Of a DNA stretch of 64,000 bases, positions 41,652-56,115 are shown piece by piece (positions within the stretch are counted from its first letter, which is position 1; each line of letters starts with the position of its first letter). The position numbers and the translations under genes are program-made. The notes beneath the pieces are model-generated. The model worked only from the letters and a program-made list of their open reading frames with translations. It did not search any database and was not told the origin of the DNA. Origin of the DNA: Octopus sinensis (lineage: Eukaryota); assembly GCF_006345805.1 (NCBI RefSeq), contig NC_043005.1, positions 88,102,001 through 88,166,000 on the forward strand, read 5' to 3'.

Positions 41652-42148
41652 TATTTATATATATAGAGAGAGAGGGAGAAAGAGAGAGATATTAATGGAA
41701 AGTACCGTATATATATTCATACATATGCGTGTGTGTGCATGATTGTATGCACATACATACGTATGTATATTATATATTCAATTATCCATAGCATGTAAAG
41801 CAGTGAGAATCAGATCACTGATGCGTGTATTCCAGCAGACCTGAAAAGTAAATAATGTTTCACGCTGTTGGATTTTGCCTGAATAAACTTTTCTCCCTTT
41901 GAGACGTTGTGTTAACTATACACACAATTCAATGACATATCTAGTGTTTCAGTATAATTCAGTCGCCTTAAGTGAGAGACAGTACACAGGACCTCTGCAG
42001 CGAGATAAGAATACTTATTTCTGTCTATAAAATTCATCAAACGAAATATTTTCAAATGTATGGTAAGGTCCACAAGTCTGAAAGCTACAGAAGATGTAAC
42101 TAAATTTAAATGAAAGATCAAAGAAACCTATTTTGTATATTTTCCTAG

Positions 42149-42371
42149 GTGTGCTATTCCTGGTTACGACAACGACACGTATAAAATCCAAAGTGAAAGC
42201 CATGAAGAACTGATCAACGAATATATTCCAAAGAGTGAGGATGAAGGGGAGGTGGTTTATGAAAAATGTTTGATATATTCCAATACCACAGAAAATGGAA
42301 ATCGAACTACACAGATGTGCAGTTCTTGGGTGTATGATAAAACCAATACGCACACCTCAATCACCAGTCAG
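42149..42371 (+). CDS. SLC22-family transporter, exon encoding the large extracellular loop (first exon visible; upstream coding exon not found)
   Basis: Acceptor tttcctAG at 42147-48 and donor GTaagg at 42372. Translates (R)CAIPGYDNDTYKIQSESHEELINEYIPKSEDEGEVVYEKCLIYSNTTENGNRTTQMCSSWVYDKTNTHTSITSQ, with the C..WVYD..T..TS.TS pattern of the SLC22 loop 1. Ends in phase 0. Confidence 0.92.
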
Positions 42372-42448
42372 GTAAGGTTCTTTTGGATCATCCTCATCCT
42401 CATCATCATCATCATCATTATTATTATCATTATTATTATTATTATTCT

Positions 42449-44292
42449 ATGTTTGACTTTTGCTTTATATTTGTACAAGTTGGCTCCAAGTCTCACCCAG
42501 AGACCTCAAGAGACAACAGGGTTGGAAGTTCATGTTGTTGTTATACCTAGTGTGCCATATATTTGGGGGGTGGGGATGTTGTACTAATGAATGTCTAAAA
42601 AAAAAAGTTTTTTTTTTTTTTTTTTTAAACCGAAATTATGGTTGTTTTAAACCTTGAGGTTACATAGAGAGTATTTTGCGTAGGATATGAGCAGTTCCCA
42701 TGAGCACTATCTTTTGAACTTCTGCCATTTTTGGGTTCCTGGTATCTGAGTTAGGTAGCTATCAGCCCCTTTTGCTATCATTCCCAGGGCACCTATGACA
42801 ACAGGTATTGTTTTAGTCTTCAGCTTCCACATTTTGCTGATTTCTATTTCAAGATCTTTATATTTGCTCAGTTTTTGGTAGGTCCTGACAGATACGTTTA
42901 TATCGATTGGGACAGTCATATCAATGAGGAGGCATGTTCTTTGTTTGAAGTCTTTCAATATGATGTCTGGCCTATTTGCATCTATCTTCCTGTCAGTTTG
43001 AATGGTGAAGTTCCAGAGGAGTGAGATGTGGTCATTTTCAAGCACTGGGGGTGGTTTGTGTTCCCACCAGTTTTTTTTCATGGGGCAAATCCAGGTTTTT
43101 ACAGATTACCCAGTGAATATATTGTGCAGCTCTATCGTGCCTGTTGAGATACTCTGTAGGCGCTAGAAGACTGCACTTGGAGACCACATGGTCGATGGTT
43201 TCATTTTGTTGCTTGCATACACGACACGTTGGACTGCTTCTGATCTTTAATATGTTGGCCTGGTAGTTTCTTGTTGGTAGGCATTGATCTTGAGCTGCTA
43301 TGATAAACCCCTCTGTTTCAGATTTTAAGCCAGAGGCCATTAGCCATTGATGGGTCAGGGCTTTGTCGATATCTGCATTATTCGCTCTCTTTGGGTATTT
43401 GCCATAGAGAGGTTTTTCTTGCCATTTATTATTCAGAATATCTAAGGCCGCAGTTTTGGCACGGGTTTTCATGCGCCTAGCTTTTTCTGTGCTTGTTTCT
43501 TGTATGTCTATCTCTAATTCCGAAATTGGTTGTATTCGGAATTCACTTAGATATTCCTTTGCCTGTTTTGTGACTGAGTATGATGCTTTCTTGTTTTCAT
43601 GTTTTGAGACAAGTTTTAACATCCAGTCCTCAGAGTTTTTCAGGTAGGTGTCTAGGCCAATTGTAGCAATCTTCATTGTTATTGCCAGTTGCAAAAGACC
43701 ACGGCCTCCCTCTTTTCTTGGCAGATAGAGTCGTTCTGTATCTGCCTTAGGGTGGTGCATTCTATGCATTGTCAACAGTTTCCTTATTTTTCTGTCGAGC
43801 TGACATATTTCAGTAATTGACCAGTTAACAATATTGAAACTGTAAGTCACGACTGGTATAGCTAATGCATTGATTGCTTCGATCCTGTTTCTTGCATTCA
43901 GCTCTGTCTTGAGTATTGCTCTCACTCTTCGATAGCATTCTCTCATGATCCTTTCCTTCATCTCTGAATGCCTTATTCCGTTCCCTTCAATTACCCCTAG
44001 GTACTTGTAGCTCTCCGCTGGGTCTAGTTCTTTTATGACATTCTGTTGGTCAAGGTTAACGTTAGATGTTTCTGTCATTTTTCCTTTGATAAAGGTAGCC
44101 TTTGCACATTTATCGAGGCCGAATTGCATTCTGATGTCGTCACTGAATTGTTTGACTATCGCTAGTAAGCCCTTGAGTTGTTGATCATTTTTTGCAAAAA
44201 GCTTTAAATCATCCATGTAAACGAGATGATTTATATTTTTATCAAACATTTTATACCCGTACTGCGCGTCATTGAGCAGCTTTGAGAGAGGT
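42449..44292 (-). mobile_element. 5'-truncated R4/Dong-type LINE (subfamily B), intronic
   Basis: 403-aa ORF 43038-44249 (YMDDLKLF...CRVC..HVVSKC..RHD) and the frameshifted RLE ORF 42707-43081 (RPDII, LIDMTVP, KLSKYKDL). Flanked by TTA/ATC arrays. 3' fragments at 45520-45893 and ~60940-61040. Confidence 0.92.
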
Positions 44293-44323
<31 letters not shown>

Positions 44324-44505
44324 TATTACTATTATTATTATTATTATTATTACTATTATTACTATTATTATTATTATTATTATTACTATTATTACTATTA
44401 TTATTATTATTACTATTATTATTTTCATCATCATTATCATTATTATTATTATTACTATTATTATTATTATTATCATTATTATTACTATTATTATAACTAC
44501 TACTA

Positions 44506-44536
<31 letters not shown>

Positions 44537-44572
44537 TATCACTATTATTAATATTATTATTACTAGTATTAC

Positions 44573-44611
<39 letters not shown>

Positions 44612-44710
44612 TATTATTTTCATCATCATCATCATTATTATTATTATTATTATTACTATTATTATTATTATTATTACTATTATTATTACAATTATTATTA
44701 TTATTACGAT
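44293..44710 (+). repeat. (TTA/CTA/TCA)n array
   Basis: Seen directly; similar arrays at 45192-45520, 54955-55036, 56915-56983 and 60425-60471. Confidence 0.95.
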
Positions 44711-45191
44711 TGAGTGAGAGAGCAGTTCATGCCATCAAAGTGACACTGGGGTAAAATATACGAAGCCCAATATACCCATCATGACTACCCGTCTGATAAA
44801 GGTACATCAGGCACATGCATCACAACCATATGTGCGCGACATGGTGATCTCATATCAAGATAAACAGCACATGACCTTGCAGGTGGGGCTCAGTTAGAAT
44901 TTTCTTCGGGTTGAGTAGCCCATCCCGCTCAAACGGTCCCTGAATAAGGGTTGTTTAAGGATGTTGAAAGAACCACCCATGTTTCCAGAGGTGAACTATT
45001 CAAACCCCAAAGAATCCCTCTCAACACATGGCTATGATGCTCCCCCACTACTACTGCTCGTGATCAGAGATGCACATATCGTCAGCCACTAAGGGACATG
45101 CTCAACTGGTTAAGGTCAAACAACTGACAAGCAAATCTGTGGTATTGAGCAGAATATTTGCTGTAGCCCATCTTTTATACCAAGACAAAAC
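44711..45191 (-). mobile_element. ~555-bp element, copy 4 (putative 5'-truncated)
   Basis: Same sequence, lacking ~80 bp at the right end, flanked by long TTA arrays. Confidence 0.8.
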
Positions 45192-45209
45192 GATTATTAT
45201 TATTATTAC

Positions 45210-45282
<73 letters not shown>

Positions 45283-45304
45283 ATTATTATTAGTATTATT
45301 ATTA

Positions 45305-45353
<49 letters not shown>

Positions 45354-45417
45354 TATTATAATAGTTGCCGGGTCATAGTGCTAGTTGTTGTTCTTCTTCT
45401 TATTATTATTATTATTA

Positions 45418-45490
<73 letters not shown>

Positions 45491-45892
45491 CATTATTATT
45501 ATTATTATTATTTTTATTATATGTTTGACTTTTGCTTTATATTTGTACAAGTTGGCTCCAAGTCTCACCCAGAGACCTCAAGAGACAACAGGTTGGAAGT
45601 TCGTGCCATATATTTGGTTTTGTATTTTGTGTTGTACTAGTGAATGTCAAAAAAAAGAAAACGAAAATTATCTTTGTTTCAAAACTTGAGATTACATAGA
45701 AAGTATTTGCGTAGGATATGAGCAGTTACCATGAGCACTATCTTTTGAATTTCTGCCATTTTGGGGTTTCCTGGTAGTTGAGTTAGGTAACGATCAGCAC
45801 CTACGACAACAGATATTATTTTAGTCTTCAGATTCCACATTTTGCTGATTTCTATTTCAAGATCTTTATATTTGCTCAGTTTTTGGTAAGTC

Positions 45893-45964
<72 letters not shown>

Positions 45965-46346
45965 TTGTCAAATCGGATTAATCCCATCACAGAAAATAAT
46001 GTTTCAAATCAACCCAAAAATGCTCATTCGTTTTGGTGATAAAGCTTTTTAGGAGGTTCTTTAAAGCGTTTTCATTGCCCCTGCACCACCAAATTTTAGT
46101 GGCTGTACTCGCACTGTTCCTGAGCCAATGAACAGTGGCCCCTGTGACTGTAGCTCCTTCCCTATTATACAATCGATTCAAGGAGTGTCACATTACCGTT
46201 GTTCCTACAACAAAGTCCTTTGAATACACACTGACTATGAAAGTTGTCTCCAAGAAACAGTGTTTCTACAATTCCAAAATATAAAATTATTATTATCAAA
46301 ATTATAAAATGTATACATTAAATAGTTTTCCTATTTCTCATTGCAG

Positions 46347-46450
46347 CTGAATCTAGTTTGCGATAAAGCGATTCTGGCAAGGCACGCCTTTACGTTTTAT
46401 TTCATGGGCTACCTTTTTGCCATGGTCGTTTGTGGAATTTTATCAGACAG
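46347..46450 (+). CDS. SLC22 transporter exon (TM2, start of MFS motif A)
   Basis: ttgcAG acceptor and GTaagt donor. 104 nt translating LNLVCDKAILARHAFTFYFMGYLFAMVVCGILSD(R). NLVCD and LSDR motifs present; phase 0 to phase 2. Confidence 0.95.
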
Positions 46451-47481
46451 GTAAGTTCTGTGTATCATATCTCCACGCTGGTGTGTTTAGTGTTTGCATT
46501 CTATTTTATATTTTTGCCTAATTCATATATATGTGTGTGTGTGTAGTGCATGAATCTGTATATATGGTTGTGGATGTTAACTCATGACCGAGCATGACCA
46601 CTTCATAAGTTCAAAACCTCCTTGCACACGTTCTGGGAGTCCAAGAAGTTCCTGTGCATGGATTTGGTTTGAGAAGAACCACTTTTCTGAGTAAACAGCC
46701 ATAAAACCAGAGGCACAACAGAGGCTGAGATGACCAGAAGCCAACTGCACTTCAATGTTTTTTATATACAAGTTTACCTTTGCCTAAGAGGAAGTTCTGA
46801 CAAGAAAAATGGGTCCTTCATTCCCAGTGATTTACATGCTAATTAAACCATACCTGGAATCCTAACAGGTACTTCTATTACAGGTCTGGGAATAATACTT
46901 TAAATACATACATAAATATGTACACATGTATATAGATTGGTACACACATGCGCGCGCGCGTACAAACGCACCCACACACACGCATACACACACACACGTA
47001 CACACGGACATATATATACAGAAAGAGAGAGCGAGCTAGTGCCACTGGTAAAGTCGCTTGGGTGTGTCTGCCTACATCCCTCTCTCCCTATCAGCTCACA
47101 TGGATTTCTCTTATGGCCACCGTTTACTCACAGACTCAGTTTTTGATAAAGACTTTGGAATGTAAGTTCACATCATTCCAGCTCTGTTACGCTTTGTCTA
47201 TATTGAGCATCTTTCTATCTCCCCTATCACACAAGCACACATATACATACATATTCATACACGCAAACACACACACACACATATATATTCTTTACTTCTT
47301 GCATTCATTTGACTGCGGCTATGCTGGAGCACCGCCTGCAGTCGTACAAATCGACCCCAGGACTTAATCTTTGTATGTCTAGTACTTATTCTATCGGTTA
47401 CTTTTGCCGAACCACTAAGTTACGGGAACGTGAATACCAACGTCGTTTATCAAGCGATGGTGGGGTGGAAAACACAAACAG

Positions 47482-47527
<46 letters not shown>

Positions 47528-47824
47528 GATGGGCTTCTTTCAGATTCCGTCTACCAAAGCCACTCACAAGGCCTTGGTCGGTCCGAGGCTATAGTAGAAG
47601 ACACTTACCCAACGTGTCACGCAGTGGGACTGAACTCGGAACTATATGGTTGGTGAGGAAGCTTCTTAGCACACACCCACTCCTGTGTCTGTGTGTGTGT
47701 GGGGGGGTATGTGTGTGATATAATTAAGCTTCAGTTGAAATAGGTACTTCAATTGAGGCACCAAGCCAGTTCGGTATAGTCCACACACCTCGAGGTTAGT
47801 TGAACAACCTGCGTATTGGTAGGA

Positions 47825-48283
47825 AGGATGTCCCGGTATCAATGCATTACGGCCGTTTCAAGCGGTTCCATTTAATCGATCGATGAAAACATAACATTAG
47901 TTTGAAAAAACAGCTCTCCTCAGAATTAAATGAATATGTAGATTTCCAGCAGAAAGGATAAACCATTTTTAGAATTTTAGTAACAATCTATCAATACTAG
48001 AATCGAAAATAATTACATAGTTTCCTTGTGTTATATTTGTAATATAATAATGTAATAAATAAAGAAACAATGTAATAAGGAATCAATGTAATTATTTTAA
48101 TTTCTACAAATGGTAAAAATTTGCTAAAAATTCTAAAAATGGTTTATCCTTTATGCTGTAAATCTATATAGTCATTTACAACTGAGGAGAGCGATTTCTT
48201 TCAAATTGATGTAATGTCCTTGTTGATCGATTAAATGGATCCACTTGAAACGGTCGTAATGCATTGAAGTCTGGACACACCTG
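47825..48283. mobile_element. Foldback MITE with ~200-bp imperfect inverted arms (Tc1/mariner-like termini)
   Basis: Left arm CAATGCATTACGGCCGTTTCAAG...GGATAAACCATTTTTAGAATTTT is mirrored by the right arm AAAATTCTAAAAATGGTTTATCC...CTTGAAACGGTCGTAATGCATTG. Confidence 0.8.
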
Positions 48284-49499
48284 TTACTTATTTACGCTTC
48301 ATATATATATATGTAGGTGGGTGTACGTGTGTGTGTGTGTGGTGGGTAGGTGTTGAATGTGTTTGTGTATATATATATATATATATATAAATGAATATTT
48401 ATAATTCTTAAGCAAGAATGTTGCTGACAGTGACTTCGAAGTTTCGGGTAGCTAAGCCACTGTCCGACTGCAATGCATTAGAGTTAGTCTTGCCTTGATA
48501 TAGTCTGAGCTAGAATCTTCTTTTTGTGTGTGGGTTTGAGTGGAGTGGTCATCACGTTTTTATGGCTAGTTATTATGGAGAGGTGTTTTGGAGAAATTTT
48601 AATTGATTAAATGTGGGACGATGTTATTGTTTAGAATTTATTCATGCAGGTAGAAATTTGTAGACAAGTGTGTAGGTGTTTCTCTTTTGTTAGGTAGGCA
48701 CGAGGTGGGAGAGTATTGTTTTTGCTTTTGGTATTATTGGATGTATTGGATTTGACAATGCAAAGGTCAAAGGTACAAAGTCCAGTATTCAAGTCCTTAG
48801 TAATCGGGTGCCTCAACGTTTTGTTTCTAACAAAAGAATGTAGGTAGATGGTAAATTCTGGCTGAGAAATACCTAAACGTTTATAAATTTCTACATAGAA
48901 TAAGATTAGTACCAGGCTTGAGAAAAAAGTAATGGGATCGTTTCATTTGACTAGACATTCCTCAAGGCAGTGCCCCAGCATGGCCACATTCGAAAGACTG
49001 AAACAAGTAAAAGACACGTGAATAAACAGCACAACCGTTTCTTCACAAATTAATGCAAATAAAGAAAGCTAGGTCATCTGATTAGCGGAACATCAACTGT
49101 TGAACTTTAAATATACACAATAAAGTCCACTCTTTATATATACAGTGTACTTAAGGCCAGAATTGGACGAAATTACATGGATTTGGGCAATAGAAGTAAA
49201 TATCAAAGTGAAGATATATTGTGTTGCTATCATTATACAAAAAAATGTTCATCGCATTTGGATATCCTCATATCAATTAAGTTCAAATGCTAGAAAGAAA
49301 TTCAGGAATTCCCCATCCTTAATTTAAGCAAAGTAACAAGAAAAAATAACAAGAGGTGAAGTAAAAATAATACAAAAAATATATGAAAATATAAGCAAAT
49401 AATATAAAAGAACTCTTCACCAAAGTAATTTCACAAAAGGGAAAATGGGGGACAAAAGATCTGATGATTTAAAGATTCTATGGAATTCATGGATAACTT

Positions 49500-49908
49500 C
49501 CTTCATAAGTAATTTCCTATATTGTTACATGATGTCCTTTCATAACTATTCACCAAATCTTCTCACACACCGCCTCGTATCCGCCTGTGGATGGCCTGCC
49601 TGAACATGCCTCCCTCACCACTCAGTAGAAACCATGTTTGGAGCAGTTATACCACTCCTTGATTTAAGTTTTGTCCATGGTATCATATCGCCAATGGTTT
49701 GTTGAATTCTCTGGATGGTTTGAGCTTGATACCACCAAGCTTTTGGCCAAACATGAAAATCCAAGTGAGAAAGTACATATCTGTACTTTAGGCATAACAG
49801 CTGAGAACTGATGCAGCCAACAGGCGCAAGAAGGGTTTTGTCACCGCCCATCCAAAGGATTTTGCCCACGTGACATTAGATTTGGATACCTTTTGAGTAC
49901 ACCTCGTA
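49500..49908 (-). mobile_element. Mariner 5' remnant
   Basis: Terminus TACGAGGTGTACTCAAAAGG; decayed peptide IKEWYN...ACSGRPST. Confidence 0.6.
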
Positions 49909-49970
49909 TGTGTGTGTGTTTGTGTGTTTAACCAAATGAAATTTAAGTTTGTCTTATTAATCTTTTTCAG

Positions 49971-50125
49971 ATTTGGTCGAAAGAAAGTGGTAATTGTGTG
50001 TGTATTTTTGCAAGGGTCAACTGGAATAGCAATGGCCTTCATCTCCAATATTTATGCCATATATGTGTTCCGTTTTCTCACTGCTGTTGGTGGTGCTGGA
50101 TCCTATGTTCCCTCAGTTGTCTTTG
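49971..50125 (+). CDS. SLC22 transporter exon (FGRK motif, TM3-4)
   Basis: tctttttcAG acceptor and GTaagc donor. 155 nt translating (R)FGRKKVVIVCVFLQGSTGIAMAFISNIYAIYVFRFLTAVGGAGSYVPSVVF. AG+A across the junction forms Arg. Confidence 0.95.
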
Positions 50126-50405
50126 GTAAGCAAACAACAATAAAACACCATAAATGTCCACTTTTGAATTTGAATGCAAGTTCAATTATGTTCTGTCGTT
50201 TATTCTTTGTCTGTTCTCATCGATTAGAAGGAGCCCTTTCAGATGTTTTAATCATATCAACAACTTTGTTTTATCTCATTACGCAAGAAATGTTACGTTG
50301 CTCTGAGTGGAAAGGCAACAGTCTTCATGAGGCAGTGTGCCATGCGACATTGCTGTGTTCGCAAGTTGTAAAATTTGTGTTCTTGAGATCACGAGTATGG
50401 TGTAG

Positions 50406-50960
<555 letters not shown>

Positions 50961-51214
50961 CGCTTACAGAAAATCTCGTATCCATGCATATTCTTGATGG
51001 CAACTCAAAATCTGTAAACAAGATTAGAATCGATAGTGTGAATTGCGAAATAAACTCTAATGATATATTTTTTAAAACAAGAACTCGACTCTTTGAGTAA
51101 AAGTAATTCCGATTCTGATAATACAGTTATAATAATCCTGTCTTAACAACTAATTCTGACAGGAGGACTCTTTGAAGTTCTTTTAATCATCAACACCAAA
51201 TACAAGTGAATAAT

Positions 51215-51560
51215 GCCTGAGTGATTATAAAAGCAAAAATTGTCTGTCCTTTAGAAAATCAGCGCTTAATGAAAAATGTAATGTATCAATGTAAGGTAAT
51301 AAAAGGGGATCATACTTATTATTACACAGGTTCATCTGCTACAATTTGGAAATCTAGATTTCATAATCAGTGTCATTCACTTAAGTATGGAAGAAGAGGT
51401 AATTCTACAAATCTTAGTAAATGCATTTGGGATTTAAAAGACAGGAACATTAAGTATGATTTAAAGTGTTCCATTATTGTAAAATATTGGACATTCTACA
51501 TGCGATCTTTCTCTTGAAAACAAAGGTATTATGTAATTACTTCTAAATTAACACTATTAA
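51215..51560 (+). mobile_element. Penelope-like element GIY-YIG endonuclease remnant
   Basis: CPLENQ..NVMYQCKV...YYTGSS..WKSRFHNQ..S...STNLSKCIWDLKD matches the PLE endonuclease pattern. Confidence 0.75.
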
Positions 51561-51814
51561 ATTTTAATGGCAATTTTACATTGAAATGGTGACACAAATT
51601 TTGGAAAACCCTTAAATATTTCAATTCTTATATAATAAGCATGAATTTTCTAAAAATTTTTATTATATTTAGTATATAGATAACTGATTGTTGTGATGTA
51701 GGATCTCAATATTTCTGGATGACGTGACGTAGAATTCATATGTTTATTTTTATTCTTTCGTTATCGACTGACGTCAACAAAGGTTTAATGCTAAGTTGGC
51801 TTTTCTTAGAATGT

Positions 51815-51901
<87 letters not shown>

Positions 51902-51912
51902 CACACACACAA

Positions 51913-51955
<43 letters not shown>

Positions 51956-52056
51956 CATAAATGCGCGCGCGTATGTGTAATATAATTAATTCTTTTCATC
52001 ATCATATTCGTATTGTTGTCATCATTTTTCCTCGTCATCATTCTTTCAAATTCTAG

Positions 52057-52228
52057 CTTCTGAAGTGTCTTCGGTGGACAGTAGAATGAAATCATCCATT
52101 GCCATCCAAATGGTATTTACCATTGGATACATAATCCTTTCTCTGCTGACTTACTTTGTGAGGACCTGGAAGCCGGTGGTGATCATAATATCAGTCCCGT
52201 CACTGGTGCTCGGAATCGTCTATATCTG
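52057..52228 (+). CDS. SLC22 transporter exon (TM5-6)
   Basis: ttctAG acceptor and GTaggt donor. 172 nt translating (A)SEVSSVDSRMKSSIAIQMVFTIGYIILSLLTYFVRTWKPVVIIISVPSLVLGIVYI(W). Phases match both neighbours. Not in the ORF track. Confidence 0.9.
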
Positions 52229-53191
52229 GTAGGTATGCATGTGTGTATCGGTGGATGGATGGATATGTGCGTGCATATATGGGTGTATGCTCAATGGATC
52301 TATGTATGTACGAGTGTATGGATGTCTATGTATATGTATAGCTGGATGAGTGTATGTATATATGTAAGTGTATATTGATGCATGCATGTACGTATGTATG
52401 TATGGTTGGGTGTATATATGGCTGGGTGTATGTATCAAGGTATGTATGCATGTATGTACGTATGAGTAAATGAATGTATGGGTGCATGGATTTATATATA
52501 CGGACGTACTTTAGTATATATGGGTGCATATATGTATATATGTATGGATGTATATATGGGTAGATGAATGGATATGTGAGTATAAGTACGTGTATGTGTA
52601 TGTGTTAGGGTGCACGTATGTGTATATGTATATACAACCCGTTACATAGTTGGCGACTAAACTTGCAACCCTAACAAGTTAGTTTGGGAAGGGGGTGGGA
52701 GTGGGGTGTGTTTATATTGGACACCCTCCAGGAAGAGAAGCAAAACCCATCAAAGGACAGCTGGGAGTGAGAAACTCTTAATCTTTGTTTAGCTATCTTT
52801 CTAGGGGAAGGAAAACGCTGATCTAACCCCTGTACCTTCGTTTGAATCCAATTTTGTAGATTAGTTCTTCTTTTGGGGCGATGTTTAGAGACGAGTAACT
52901 TAAGAAGCTTTAAATACAGGCTTCACCTGACTTTTAAACACCTTTATTAACATCAAAGATGCAGGTGTGGCTGTGTGGTAAGACGTTCGCTTCCCAACCA
53001 CATGGTTCTGGGTTCAGTCTCACTGTATGGCACCTTGAACAAATGTCTGTTTACTTATTTGTCTGTTTGTATGTATGTATGTATGCATGTATGTATGTAT
53101 GCATGTATGTATGTATGCATGTATGTATATATGAGTGTGTGTTCATATATATGTGTGTATGTGGTTGTATTTTCCGTTTTCTATTTGCAAG

Positions 53192-53404
53192 GTTCCTAGA
53201 CGAGTCTCCCCGATGGCTCCTCAATAAAAAGAGAACAAAAGATGCCAACTTAATTCTTAGCAACATCGCCAAACTGAATAAAACAGTTTTGCCTCCAACA
53301 GAAATCGTCAACATTTCCTCATCGAACGAGAAAAAGGTAGAAATCTGGAAAATGTTTACCATTCCTCAGCTTCTAAAACGGACCCTAATTCTGATGCTAA
53401 ACTG
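53192..53404 (+). CDS. SLC22 transporter exon (ESPRWL cytoplasmic loop)
   Basis: gcaAG acceptor and GTtagt donor. Translates (W)FLDESPRWLLNKKRTKDANLILSNIAKLNK...QLLKRTLILMLN(W); the ESPRWL motif is diagnostic. Confidence 0.95.
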
Positions 53405-54042
53405 GTTAGTGATATTACATTTGCCATTTTCTGTGTGTTCTTTATCTTTTATCGCTTACTCGTTTCTCACATTTGACTGCGACCATTGACTGCAGGCCTT
53501 GAAAAACTTATACTTGAATTAATTGGCTCCAGAATTTGTTATGCCTGATGCTTATTCTATTTCTTTTTTTAACCATTAAGTTATGGGAATACAAACAAAC
53601 CAGCACTGGACAACGGATGGTGGTAGGGGAACAAATACATAGACAAAGACACACACAAAGCTCTCCTTCTCTCCCTCTCTCTGTCTCTCTCTCTCTCAAT
53701 ATATATACATATATATATATATGTGATGGGCTTCTTTCAGTTTCCGTTTACTAAGTCCACTCACATGGCTTTAGCCAGCCTATGGTTAGAGTAGAAGACA
53801 CTTGTTCAAGGTGGAGCCATGTGTTTGAGAGCAAGCTTCTTACCACGCAGCCATGCATGCACCTATATTGATCAGAATGATGCAGATATTTGTGGAAGTT
53901 TTCTTGCAAGAAATCCATGTAGAGTTAAACTTGAAAGAATATCAAAGATACTAAGTGTGCAAGGATGCTTACATGAAGATGAAATACAGGAACTCTTTTT
54001 AGAGCAAAGCAAAGAAGGATAAAATGAGAAGTAAAAACTTAG

Positions 54043-54255
54043 TTGACCCTTTTGATATCAAGCCACATGAGAATGTCCCTTGTTGTATCATACAGACTTC
54101 CTGTTTGATCTAATTTGAAATTTTCCATTAAAATTTCATGTTTATTTGTGTTTCAGTCTTAATTACGGGCAACTCATATTATTAAATTCTTCTTTATTTT
54201 CAAAATTAATTGAAACTAACATTTTTTAACAAAACCATGGTAACGAAAGGGTTAA
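54043..54255. mobile_element. piggyBac-like MITE
   Basis: TTGA-CCCTTTTGATATCA ... TGGTAACGAAAGGG-TTAA: CCC/GGG termini with a (degenerate) TTAA target site. Confidence 0.6.
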
Positions 54256-54700
54256 AGCTGAACACAGTCTGATGCCCCTAAATGTAGGTAATTAAAGTAT
54301 TGGCCATTCTCTGACAGGTTTGTGGTCAAGCCTGCGTCAGTGGAGACTTCTAGCATTCCCAGACCCTCAACCACATCCCTGCTCACCACTATCAGGGTGG
54401 ATACAGCTATCCGCAAGTGTGAGCCCTTGTGGGTCAGAGTGGCTGTTCCAGTGCATCTGGGGCAACACATTTTCTATTTTGTCTGCGGGGGACCATGAGG
54501 CAAACTAACAAAATGTTACAGTAGTTATCTTAGTTGTCTATATTAGACAGTTAGTTGTATAACTTTACTTGCTGTTGGTCTCAATGTTCAAATTATCATA
54601 ATTCTCTCTAAGAAATTACGTAGCCATCTAACCAGGGATTGATCTGAAATTTTTGTGCATTTTTGTACATTGTATAAAATCTTTCATTTCTTTTCTATAG

Positions 54701-54927
54701 GGTGGTTGTGAGTATGGTATATTTCGGCCTTACTCTTAATGTTGGCAAATTGTATGGCAATCTCTATTTGAATTTTTTTTTGAATTCGGTTATCGAGTTT
54801 CCGGCCTATACTCTGTGCATACTTCTGTTAAATCGTGTCGGAAGAAAAAAATTGCATACTAGCATGATGGTTTTGGCTGGAGTCATTTGTATTGCTGGAA
54901 TATTTCCCGTCCTCTATGGTACAAAAG
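54701..54927 (+). CDS. SLC22 transporter exon (TM7-9)
   Basis: ttttctatAG acceptor and GTaaac donor. Translates (W)VVVSMVYFGLTLNVGKLYGNLYLNFFLNSVIEFPAYTLCILLLNRVGRKK...VLYGTK, with YFGL, GNLYLNF, EFPAY and RVGRK motifs. Confidence 0.95.
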
Positions 54928-54954
54928 GTAAACAAGTCATTATTGTTGTTGTTG

Positions 54955-55037
<83 letters not shown>

Positions 55038-55047
55038 GTCATTTACT

Positions 55048-55400
55048 TTTAATCTGCATGTTTGATGCAATCACTTGCCGGGGCACACCCAGCTCCCTAG
55101 GGCAAGTGAAGGTTAAGAGTTGTTGGAATATAGCTGAAAGCTTGGGGAGGAGAAGTAGAGATATATCTCCATGTAATGCAAACACAAACATTTACATTGA
55201 TAGGGTTTTTCTAAGGATGTGGGTAGTACTTGTTAGCACAATCTTTTGGATTTCCTTGAGACATGGTTTTCCAGGGATATTGTCTAGGTGTTTCTGATAT
55301 CCCTTTTTTATCATACCTAGGGCACCTACAATAACAGGAACAGTTTTTGTTTTAAGATTCCACATCCTCTGTATTTCGATTTCCAGGTCCTTATATTTAC
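55048..55400 (-). mobile_element. Dong-type LINE 3' fragment (subfamily C)
   Basis: Similar to 8070-8410 (KYKDLEIE...VPVIVGALG). Lies between TTA arrays. Confidence 0.75.
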
Positions 55401-55457
55401 TATTTACTTTTATTTACTTTTATTTACTTTATATTTTATATTATTATTATTATTATT

Positions 55458-56115
<658 letters not shown>

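Noticed and set aside
46570-46880. Possible exons in unique-looking intronic stretches (also 48420-48870, 54260-54510, 56280-56900, 63400-63650)
   Set aside because: The SLC22 exon chain is already phase-complete without them. They contain stops and look like old LINE or PLE debris that could not be classified with confidence.
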